Positions 31,333-39,962 of a stretch of 64,000 bases of DNA are shown here, one piece after another. The stretch is from NCBI RefSeq assembly GCF_943912385.1, contig NZ_CALTTY010000005.1, positions 22,746 through 86,745 on the forward strand. Reading direction: 5' to 3'. Numbering within the stretch: the stretch's first letter is position 1; every line of letters begins with the position of its first letter. The stretch comes from an uncultured Anaerococcus sp. (GTDB taxonomy: Bacteria > Bacillota > Clostridia > Tissierellales > Peptoniphilaceae). Below the pieces are notes generated by a model. It made no database searches, was not told the origin of the DNA, and was given only the letters and a program-made list of their open reading frames with translations. Made by a program: the position numbers and the translations under genes.

Positions 31333-31455
31333 AAAAAAGGACTTGTGCTGACAAATACGCCAACAAAAGTCCTTATTATCAACCGGCAAATAAACCAGTA
31401 TCTTTAGATTTCGTTTTCCTATTTTAATTATATCACTATAAATAAGTTTATGCAA
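31333..31455 (-). promoter_or_regulatory. arcA promoter and a 5' leader containing an intrinsic terminator (candidate attenuator)
   Basis: TTGCAT-N17-TATAAT with extended TG (31455-31427); hairpin AAGGACTT..AAGTCCTT with a U-tract (31374-31333) lies before the RBS. Confidence 0.6.
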
Positions 31456-31587
31456 GAGTTAAAAAGCTTTTAGTAGAAGATAAACTAGATAAGTAATAGA
31501 AAGCTGACTATTACTTGCAAAATAAAAAGCAAGATAAAAACTCCGCCCTTACTATAAATACATTTACAAGATTTGCCCCCACGGCTC

Positions 31588-31676
31588 TCTCTAACCCCGC
31601 TTGTGCGGGTAGTATGATTTGATTGGCTCTTCAAAGGCACTTACCATAGGATCATCCCCGCTTATGCGGGTAGTAT
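31588..31676 (-). CRISPR. Single-spacer type I-E-like CRISPR mini-array (2 repeats, 1 spacer), no cas genes
   Basis: Repeat ATACTACCCGCATAAGCGGGGATGATCC (31676-31649), 33 nt spacer (31648-31616), degenerate trailer repeat ATACTACCCGCACAAGCGGGGTTAGAGA (31615-31588); 61 nt period. Confidence 0.8.
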
Positions 31677-31800
31677 ACTAAATAAATCCCTATTTTATCA
31701 GATTTAATATTTTTAGCTAGCCAATTTCATTAACTTTTATTTCATCATCCTACTTTATATAAGAAATATAAATTAATTATAATCATTACTCTAATTAATT
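31677..31800 (-). promoter_or_regulatory. Putative CRISPR leader
   Basis: AT-rich stretch ending ...GGGATTTATTTAGT immediately before the intact repeat, as I recall for Firmicutes I-E leaders. Confidence 0.55.
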
Positions 31801-32082
31801 TACTATTATCGTAACATATTCTTATGACTAGTAATAGGTCTAAAATTTCTATTTAGATTTATTATATACAAAAACTGATACTACAGTTTCCGAACACTAT
31901 TAAATGGCAGGGCTATTCCTATTCTTGTTTTATAAATGTCCAGTATATCCATACTGTTCAAATTACTAAATTCTATTTTTAAAGTATCACTAATTCTATA
32001 TAGTTATAAGATATTTTCAGATTTTTTTCGCGTTCTAATAACGGATAATTATTATTGTTTTAAATTAAATTTATATTAATTT

Positions 32083-33708
32083 TCAATTTCGTAGTTGAGG
32101 TATATAATTATTGAATATCTCTAATACTTCTGTTTGTTTCTTATTTCGCAAGATAGAAATAACAGTATTTAAGTAATTATTGTTTTGAATACCAAGATAA
32201 CGACCTATAGATTTAGATAATCCTTTTTCATTAAATATTTCTAACACTTTTTTATAATCATTACTTAATAATGCTTCTTTATATAAGTTTAATGTGTATT
32301 CATACTTCCTATCAATATTAATATTTTTAATAGCATCGGTAAAGCTTTCTTTTGTATTAATCTCAGAAATTTCAACCACAGATAATTCATGTTTTATCTG
32401 AGATACTAAATTTTTCTTAACCTGAATACTAATTTGATTACTAAATCTTTCTTCAATAATGTATTTTTTAATACTACTAAATACATCGTTAAAATCATTA
32501 CCTAAATAATCTGATAAAAAACTTATTAATTCTTCTATAATAAATAAATTCTCTACTTCTGAAACCTTTAGTGTGTAAATATTATCTTTTTCTAATTTAT
32601 TTATTTCATGTTCTTTCCTGAAATCACGATCAATTATACCATAGACATTATTATTATGAATATTTTGAGTTGAATTAAAAGATTTTGTTCTCATAATCAC
32701 TTGCAAGCAACTTCCACAAGGAATAATAAAATAGTCTGGATATAAAATAGAATATAGTTGAATGTCAAAACTACTCTCTTCACCTTCTACAAACAAAATA
32801 TTTTTACGTGACCCTAGAATATCAAATAACAACTTCTCTGGTAAATCATTAGAAAATATTTTTTCTAAATCCCAATTTTTCCCATCATAACTCTTTATCC
32901 ATATCTTTTCTGAATTTTTATGATAAGCTGCAAAATTTGTATCATGTGTTATATAAATAAATAAGCAATCAGAGCGATATTCTTCCAAGTTTTCCCACAA
33001 CTTATTCATTATTGTTCCATGAAGATGTATTTCAGGCTCGTCGATTATCAGTGTTTTATTTTCAGGAATAGATAAAACTTGAGAAGCTAAGTATAACACC
33101 GATCTTTCTCCATCACTCATTTGATGTGCAGAATACTTTTCAGAACATATACTTCTTTCGCGCGCATAAAACTTAGAATCTTCAAGCAGTAGATTTCTTT
33201 GTGGAAATATACTATTCCATACTTTCATTAGTTTATCTATGACGGTCAAAGGAGTTTTCGGCTTAACAGAATTATTTTTTTCAGCAACTTGACAATTTTT
33301 AAAGTATTCTGCTGTTTCATTGTTATACATCGCTATTAAAGCTGCCAAAACGTCATCAAAATCATCTATCATCTTAGTCGTTTTAGACTCTCCCCAATCC
33401 CATCTATATCCCTTATCACGCCTTTTAACCATATCTTCATTATCTGTTCCATAAATAATTTTATTTTTGGCATCATCATAATTACTAAGTTGTAAATTAG
33501 GCTTAAAATTAAGATTTCTTTGAGCTCCAATCCTATGAACGATATCTGAATCTTGATCTTCTATCCACGCCCCTAATTTACTTTTTCCACTTCCATTTGC
33601 TCCTACAATAATTATTGAATTATTATTTGTTGTGTGCTTTTTAGATTTACTATTAATTGTAGGTAATTTATAGTTATAACTTTTCGCATTTTCTATCATA
33701 TCGATCAC
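32083..33708 (-). CDS. ABC/AAA ATPase fused to a TOPRIM (DUF4435-like) nuclease; PARIS-merged/OLD-like defence protein
   Basis: Walker A GANGSGKS, signature MSDGE, Walker B IIDEPE, H-loop THD; TOPRIM FVEG and IDRD. Confidence 0.8.
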   Translation of the reverse strand: MIDMIENAKSYNYKLPTINSKSKKHTTNNNSIIIVGANGSGKSKLGAWIEDQDSDIVHRIGAQRNLNFKPNLQLSNYDDAKNKIIYGTDNEDMVKRRDKGYRWDWGESKTTKMIDDFDDVLAALIAMYNNETAEYFKNCQVAEKNNSVKPKTPLTVIDKLMKVWNSIFPQRNLLLEDSKFYARERSICSEKYSAHQMSDGERSVLYLASQVLSIPENKTLIIDEPEIHLHGTIMNKLWENLEEYRSDCLFIYITHDTNFAAYHKNSEKIWIKSYDGKNWDLEKIFSNDLPEKLLFDILGSRKNILFVEGEESSFDIQLYSILYPDYFIIPCGSCLQVIMRTKSFNSTQNIHNNNVYGIIDRDFRKEHEINKLEKDNIYTLKVSEVENLFIIEELISFLSDYLGNDFNDVFSSIKKYIIEERFSNQISIQVKKNLVSQIKHELSVVEISEINTKESFTDAIKNINIDRKYEYTLNLYKEALLSNDYKKVLEIFNEKGLSKSIGRYLGIQNNNYLNTVISILRNKKQTEVLEIFNNYIPQLRN

Positions 33709-33743
33709 CTTTTAAAACTTATATTGAAATTCTTAAAATCGTT

Positions 33744-34838
33744 TTATTTAAATCTGATTTGAAGATTTAACTTAATAAAATCTTCTCTACCCTTACTGTA
33801 AACATAACCAAATTCATGTCTTGTTGTAGAGGCAGTTTCGTATTTTGTATTTTTGAGAAGATATTCCTCAAAATAATTACGATTATAGATATGATATGCT
33901 AGTACATCACCTTGTTTTGTTACAATTACATATCCTCCATTTGCTTCATCAATACCGTCCCAAATTGTTGCTGGTTTCATACCTAACGCCACTGCTGTTA
34001 AAAATTTTTTAAATTTATACCTATAGGCATTAACATTTCCATAATTCATTGGATTTTCTAGTTCCAGTTTCTTTACCATATCTATACAATTACTAATTCC
34101 ATCTCTATAAAAATACAAAATAGTTTCTGCAATAATATTATCCATTGAACTATCAATCAGAACTAAATTATCAGAAAAAGTTTGATTATGCATGCCTATA
34201 TATTGAAATTGTCCATTATCTTCAATTATTCTTTTAATTCTGCCCCTAACATCAGTGCGTTTTTTTCCTTTTGTAATTTTGCATATTTCATTGGTTTCTT
34301 TTACCAATAACGGGTTATTATGAATAATTTTATAAATGAAATTTGTTGTTTTTCCAGCATTCAATAAAGTAGGAGCTGACCCTAATTCTGATTTAATTGA
34401 AAATCCTACCGTTGGTGAATATCCTGTATTTACATCAACTATTTTCATGGTAATATCACTTTTGTCTCTTGCAGGTGCAGATATTTTATAACAGGATATT
34501 CCTTTCATAAAATCTTCAGTATTTTTTATTTGAAATGACGAACCTTTTGCATTATAAATTTCTTCAAGAAGATGTTTCGATTCTTTTTCAAACTCACTTT
34601 TATCTATTGATTTCACTTTTTTACCGTTAATATAAATATCTATTAACTTTCCTGTTGTATATTCTTTTAATTCCCCAGATATTTCCTCTCTAATAATTTT
34701 TATGATAGGAAAATAAATATCATGAAGTTTATTTAGTTCACTATCAGCAGCGTATATTTTACCGTCTGCTAATAGTTTAAATAATACGTATATTTCAGAC
34801 CATTCTCCTTTATTTCCACTTATCAATTTTACCTCCAT
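33744..34838 (-). CDS. Type II restriction endonuclease, HpaII family
   Basis: N-terminal GNKGEWSEIY, KSDI..GFSIKS PD-(D/E)xK-like core, LLNAG..TNF, KLNLQIRF; overlaps the methyltransferase. Confidence 0.82.
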   Translation of the reverse strand: MEVKLISGNKGEWSEIYVLFKLLADGKIYAADSELNKLHDIYFPIIKIIREEISGELKEYTTGKLIDIYINGKKVKSIDKSEFEKESKHLLEEIYNAKGSSFQIKNTEDFMKGISCYKISAPARDKSDITMKIVDVNTGYSPTVGFSIKSELGSAPTLLNAGKTTNFIYKIIHNNPLLVKETNEICKITKGKKRTDVRGRIKRIIEDNGQFQYIGMHNQTFSDNLVLIDSSMDNIIAETILYFYRDGISNCIDMVKKLELENPMNYGNVNAYRYKFKKFLTAVALGMKPATIWDGIDEANGGYVIVTKQGDVLAYHIYNRNYFEEYLLKNTKYETASTTRHEFGYVYSKGREDFIKLNLQIRFK

Positions 34839-35872
34839 GCAAACTCTAACTGTTCATAATATTCATCATCATGAAAAACATCTTCAATTGTAATACCTTC
34901 CAATTGCTTTTTTATATTATCAGCAATTGCTTTTATTACAGGAACAGTGACAGAATTTCCGAATTGTTTGTAAAGATGAGTATCAGCAACAACTAATTTG
35001 AAATCATCTGGGAAACCTTGCAGTCTTGCCCACTCTCTTGGTGTCATTTTTCGTATATATTCTCTATTTATTTTTCCTTTTATATGAGTTACAGGAGTAA
35101 AATCAGTTAATCTTTTATCAATTATTAAATTTCTTTCTCTTCCCATTCCTCCACATACAATAGCTCCAGCAATAGAATTTACATCTCTGATTTCATATCC
35201 AAAACCATTTCCCTTTGCTTGGTGTCTTTGCTTATGCTTCCTTAAAGATTCCAGATAAACATCAGATAAATAATATTTAGGAGAAGTCTCTTTTTCTTCC
35301 ATAATATTAGCTATAACTTTAGTATCGTCAGTTCTTTCTGGGAATATAAATTTATTAGGGGATATATCTTCCCTAAATGCAACTATATATATTCTTTCTC
35401 TATTTTGTGGAACACCAAAATCTTTGCTATTAATAACCTTGTAAAAAACTCTGTAACCCAAATCATTTAATGTTTTTTTAATAATTTTAAATGTTTTACC
35501 TCTGTCATGATTTACCAGATTTTTTACATTTTCACAAAAAACAACTTTAGGTTTATGAAATTCCACTATTCTAGCGACATCAAAAAATAAAGTACCTCTG
35601 GTATCTTCAAAACCTTTTTTTTGACCAGCTAAGGAAAATGCTTGGCATGGAAATCCAGCTAATAAAATATCATGGTTCGGTATATCAATTTCATTGATTT
35701 TTGTTATATCCCCAAAAATTTTAGGTTTTTCTCCAAAATTAGCTATATATGTTTCTTGAGCTTTCTTATCCCACTCAGATACAAAAACTGTTTCAATATC
35801 ATTACCGAATGCTTGATCAAAACCAAGCCTAATGCCTCCTATTCCAGCAAAAAGGTCTATTGATTTATACAT
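34829..35872 (-). CDS. DNA (cytosine-5) methyltransferase, cognate of the HpaII-like endonuclease
   Basis: Motif I FAGIGG, IV GFPCQ, VI ENV, VIII QNRERIY, IX-X RLQGFP...QFGNSV. Confidence 0.95.
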   Translation of the reverse strand: MYKSIDLFAGIGGIRLGFDQAFGNDIETVFVSEWDKKAQETYIANFGEKPKIFGDITKINEIDIPNHDILLAGFPCQAFSLAGQKKGFEDTRGTLFFDVARIVEFHKPKVVFCENVKNLVNHDRGKTFKIIKKTLNDLGYRVFYKVINSKDFGVPQNRERIYIVAFREDISPNKFIFPERTDDTKVIANIMEEKETSPKYYLSDVYLESLRKHKQRHQAKGNGFGYEIRDVNSIAGAIVCGGMGRERNLIIDKRLTDFTPVTHIKGKINREYIRKMTPREWARLQGFPDDFKLVVADTHLYKQFGNSVTVPVIKAIADNIKKQLEGITIEDVFHDDEYYEQLEFAWR

Positions 35873-35878
35873 AATTAA

Positions 35879-36094
35879 TCACCTACAATACTCCACTATA
35901 TCTTCAACTTTGCATTCAAGAACACAGCAAATCTTTGCAATAGTTTCTAAATCAATTCTCTTAACCTTATTATTGCAATAAGAATTGAGTTGCGTCCTTT
36001 GAAGATTTGCTTCTTTTTCTAACTTATTTTTACTTATATTTTTTTCTTCTAAAACTTTGTCTATTTTAAAAATAATTTTTCAAAAGTTTTGCAT
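35879..36094 (-). pseudogene. Cro/C1 HTH regulator (controller-like) with an in-frame TGA at codon 5
   Basis: GAAGGAGAGG RBS; MQNF*KIIFKIDKVLEEKNISKNKLEKEANLQRTQLNSYCNNKVKRIDLETIAKICCVLECKVEDIVEYCR. Confidence 0.85.
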
Positions 36095-36426
36095 AAATTC
36101 CTCTCCTTCGTTATTATAAAAATCGATATTCATTTAAATATATTATAGCATATCTCAAAACTTCTTACAGGTCTAAGATTTGATAACAAAGGACATATGT
36201 CTAATATTCTTTTAACATTTTTTTATTTTTCTAACTTCTTGTAAAATATATCTATTTATGTTTAGGATGCCAAGTCAATCTATATGATGAGATAAACTAA
36301 ATATTTTATGCTTTTCAGTATTAATCACTAATTCAAATTTTAAAACAAAAAAGGACCACGGATGAACACTATCTCGATTTGAAATTCAGTGATATGTTTT
36401 GAATTATTCTCTTAATCAATCTTTCA

Positions 36427-37017
36427 TTAGTATTGTTTTAGAAACTCTAATAAGAGAGCTTCACTATGCTCGCCATCATTTATTAAAATATCTCGTATTA
36501 TTTCTAATATTAAACCTTGCCCACTTATAACGTTCTCTGAATCATATGAGCCATGAATATCTCCACTTGTAGGGATTTCTATTTCATTTATCCACCACTT
36601 TTCAATTTTTCTATATATCTCAATTAATTCTACTAGATATTTAACCTCATCCTCACTAAAGCCGTCACTTAAGCATAACATTAGCTCATGAACAACCTTA
36701 TTTCTAAATTTTCTTAATTTTTCAAAAGAAAAATAATCTTCTTCAGAAACAGCGCCAACCGTAATAAACCACTTAAAAGATGCATTCTCTATATGATTAT
36801 CAAGTTTTCTGACATATTTTTTATAATCTTCTGATTCATGAACTATAATATTCCCATCTTTAAATTCTGTATGATTGCAAAAAAAGGATTTTGGTAAATA
36901 TATTAAAGAATCTTTTAAGCACTCATAGTACAAAACATATAAAGATGCAAAATGAATATTAGGCTTTAACTTTTTTTGATCCAACACATTTAAAATCTTT
37001 TCATAATCTCTTTCCAT
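36427..37017 (-). CDS. Hypothetical protein with a HEPN-like RxxxxH motif
   Basis: AGGAG RBS; helical protein containing RKFRNKVVHEL. Confidence 0.6.
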   Translation of the reverse strand: MERDYEKILNVLDQKKLKPNIHFASLYVLYYECLKDSLIYLPKSFFCNHTEFKDGNIIVHESEDYKKYVRKLDNHIENASFKWFITVGAVSEEDYFSFEKLRKFRNKVVHELMLCLSDGFSEDEVKYLVELIEIYRKIEKWWINEIEIPTSGDIHGSYDSENVISGQGLILEIIRDILINDGEHSEALLLEFLKQY

Positions 37018-37402
37018 AAAAATCTCCTATTAAGACCACAACTATAATAAATAATATAAAATAGAGTTTATTCAACTCTATAATTTACTTTACTCGAAAT
37101 ATTATTCTTAAATCTCAGAAATAACCAATATTTATTATATCGCAGTATAATAATATCATAATTGACATCCATACACTTACAACGGGAAGTAAAATCCTGG
37201 TTTATAAAACGTAGTCCCCTAATCCCATTCTTCTTTTCAAAAAGTACGATATTCCCGAAACCATTCAAATACTAGGTTCTTTTTTCTAATTTCACTAACC
37301 CAACTAAATATAACACATTTTCAAATTTTTAGTCCCGTATCTATACAAAAAACTTAATTTATGTTTATTTTCCAAACTTGTTTACCTTAAAAATATGTAC
37401 GC

Positions 37403-37430
37403 AAAAAATACCGCAGCTTGAAACTACGGT
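37403..37430 (-). terminator. Terminator downstream of guaA
   Basis: ACCGTAG-TTTCAAG-CTGCGGT-ATTTTTT. Confidence 0.65.
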
Positions 37431-37570
37431 CTAATTTTTTGTCCAAATTTAAACCACTTGGAATTATTATTTAGTTTATTCTTTTTAGCTTCCAGTACCA
37501 TTTGAGTACCAGTAGCCATTTTTCATTCTCTTTATAGCTTGTAATTAAGCCATTTTAGAAAATTTTGCGA

Positions 37571-39109
37571 TTATTCCCATTCGATTGTTCCAGGTGGTTT
37601 ACTGGTTATATCATATACTATCCTGCCTACTCCCTCTACTTCGTTTATCATCCTATTTGATAGGGTTTGTAAGAGCTCGTATGGGAGGTTGGCGGCTTCT
37701 ACTGTCATGGCGTCTGTGGATGTGATTGCTCTTATTGCTATTACATTGTCATAGCTTCTTGCGTCTCCCTTTACACCAACTGTTTTTATTGGGGTCCAGA
37801 CTGTGAAGTATTGCCAAATGTCTTCATTTAGACCGTAGTTTTTGACTTCTTCTCTTAGGATGGCATCTGTTTCTCTGACTATCCTTAGCTTATCTTCTGT
37901 GATGTCTCCCATGACCCTTATGGCAAGGCCTGGTCCTGGGAATGGTTGTCTCCATACCATGTCGTGTGGGACTCCGATTTCTTCACCGAGTGCTCTTACC
38001 TCGTCTTTAAAGAGCATTCTTAATGGCTCTACTAGGCCTTTAAAGTCCATATCTTCTGGAAGTCCGCCTACGTTGTGGTGGCTTTTTATTACACTTGCCT
38101 TATCTTTGCCAGATTCTATTACGTCTGGGTAGATGGTTCCTTGGACTAGGTAGCTTGCTCCACCGATTTTTTTGGCTTCTTCTTCGAATACTTCTACAAA
38201 GTGGTTACCTATTATTTTTCTCTTTGTTTCTGGATCTGATACGCCTTCTAGGAGGGATAAGAATTCCTCTGACTTGTCTACCATTTTTACATTAAGGCCA
38301 AGGTTTTTGTAGGTTTCCATTACTGATTTGGCTTCGTCTTTTCTTAAAAGACCATGGTCTACGAAGATACACTTTAGATTATCTCCGATGGCTTTTGATA
38401 CTATAGTTGCTGCAACAGAGCTATCTACTCCGCCTGATAGGCCGCAGATCATTTTCTCGCCTGCATACTTTTCTTTGATGTCTTCTATAATTTCTGTGGC
38501 AAAGTCTGCCATTTTCCATGTTTTTTCTGCTTGGCAGATTTGAAGTACGAAGTTTTCAAGTATTTCCCTACCATATTCTGAGTGGACTACTTCTGGGTGG
38601 AATTGGACTGAATAGATATTTTTTTCGGCGTTTTCCATGGCTGCCACATCTGTATTTGCAGTGCTTGCAGTAGCTTTAAATCCATCTGCAATTTTTCCTA
38701 TCCTATCCTTGTGGTTCATCCAAATGGTTGATTTTTCTGGTAGGTTTTTAAAGAGTTTGCTCTTACCATCAACTCTTAGTTCGGTCTTGCCGTACTCAGC
38801 AAGCTTTGGTGTTTCAATTTCTCCACCATTTAAGTTGTTTATATATTGGTGGCCGTAGCAGATGCCTAGGACTGGCACGCCTAGGCCAAAGATTTTATCA
38901 TCTGTTTTTGGGCTTTCTTGGATGTTTACTGATTGGGGCCCACCTGTTAGGATTATTCCTGCAAGATTTGTCAGGTCGATTTCTTTTAGGTCTGTATCGC
39001 AATCGTGAATTTCTGCAAATACCCCCATTTCCCTAACCCTTCTTACTATTAGCTGGTCGGTCTGGCCGCCAAAGTTTAATACTAGGATTTTTTCTTTTGA
39101 CATAGTCAT
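37571..39109 (-). CDS. guaA: GMP synthase (glutamine-hydrolysing)
   Basis: GICYG, QFHPE, SGGVDS, IKSHHNVGG, KPPGTIEWE. Confidence 0.98.
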   Translation of the reverse strand: MTMSKEKILVLNFGGQTDQLIVRRVREMGVFAEIHDCDTDLKEIDLTNLAGIILTGGPQSVNIQESPKTDDKIFGLGVPVLGICYGHQYINNLNGGEIETPKLAEYGKTELRVDGKSKLFKNLPEKSTIWMNHKDRIGKIADGFKATASTANTDVAAMENAEKNIYSVQFHPEVVHSEYGREILENFVLQICQAEKTWKMADFATEIIEDIKEKYAGEKMICGLSGGVDSSVAATIVSKAIGDNLKCIFVDHGLLRKDEAKSVMETYKNLGLNVKMVDKSEEFLSLLEGVSDPETKRKIIGNHFVEVFEEEAKKIGGASYLVQGTIYPDVIESGKDKASVIKSHHNVGGLPEDMDFKGLVEPLRMLFKDEVRALGEEIGVPHDMVWRQPFPGPGLAIRVMGDITEDKLRIVRETDAILREEVKNYGLNEDIWQYFTVWTPIKTVGVKGDARSYDNVIAIRAITSTDAMTVEAANLPYELLQTLSNRMINEVEGVGRIVYDITSKPPGTIEWE

Positions 39110-39122
39110 CTCTCCTATTCTC

Positions 39123-39956
39123 TTAGCTTATTTCTTCCCTTTCTTCTGGAAATTTTTCAAAGTAGTATTGGACTATTTCTGTAGCTGTTTGCTCGATTGT
39201 ATTTTCTGTCACATCTATTACCTTGCAGTCAAGGTCTTTGAATAACTCTTTGGCATAGTCTAGTTCGTATTCTACCCTATCCCTGTCAAAGTACATACTT
39301 TCTCCCCTTATGCCCATTGACTTGGTTCTTTGAGATCTAATGTTTGATAGTTTATCTGGGTCTATAATAAGGCCTATAATCCTATCTGGGTCGATTTCAA
39401 AGAGCTCTTGGGGTAGGTTTGATTCCGGAAGGAGGGGTAGGTTTGATACCTTGAAATTTTTTGTTGCAAGGATCATGGTTGTCGGAGTTTTTGAAGTCCT
39501 TGATACACCGACTAGGACTAGGTCCGATTCTAAAAATCCTCTTGGATCTTTGCCGTCATCATATTTTATGGCAAATTCAATGGCGTCTATCATCTTAAAA
39601 TACCCGCTTGATAAGGTCCTTGTAAGACCTGGCTGCCTTACAGCCTTCCTGCCGGTGAGTTCTTCAAACTTATTTATACCATAAGAAAGGATGTCTAGAA
39701 CTATTATCTCCTTTTGCCTAGCCTTTGCTCTTAAATGAAGGGCGAGGTCTTTGTCTGCAACAGTCATTACAATAACAGAATCTTTGTCAAGCTCCTCCAT
39801 TATATTATCTATCTCATCTATATGTCTAATGTCTGGTTTTCTTTGGATACTTGTTTCTAGACCCGGAAATTGGCTGGTTACAGATTTTATATAATTGATT
39901 GCAGTTTCCCCTGTTGAATCACTTACAATTACAACCGTCAAAACATCTTCCATCAA
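39123..39956 (-). CDS. Pyruvate,phosphate/water dikinase regulatory kinase-pyrophosphorylase (DUF299)
   Basis: SDSTGETA, YDDGKDP, GVSRTSKTP. Confidence 0.93.
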   Translation of the reverse strand: MMEDVLTVVIVSDSTGETAINYIKSVTSQFPGLETSIQRKPDIRHIDEIDNIMEELDKDSVIVMTVADKDLALHLRAKARQKEIIVLDILSYGINKFEELTGRKAVRQPGLTRTLSSGYFKMIDAIEFAIKYDDGKDPRGFLESDLVLVGVSRTSKTPTTMILATKNFKVSNLPLLPESNLPQELFEIDPDRIIGLIIDPDKLSNIRSQRTKSMGIRGESMYFDRDRVEYELDYAKELFKDLDCKVIDVTENTIEQTATEIVQYYFEKFPEEREEIS

Positions 39957-39962
39957 TATCTC

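Larger units (their letters stand above)
31450..37570. mobile_element. AT-rich defence island or island remnant at the guaA 3' end (left boundary approximate; no integrase)
   Basis: Visible drop in GC and change in codon usage; defence cargo; direct repeat TGGTACT-N4-TGGTACT just after the guaA stop. Confidence 0.7.

Noticed and set aside
31800..32080. Possible cas2 remnant upstream of the CRISPR leader
   Set aside because: I could not find an open frame or Cas2-like residues
37068..37268. 66 aa ORF in the island, considered as an integrase or transposase remnant
   Set aside because: No RBS and no recognisable motif; I cannot support any call
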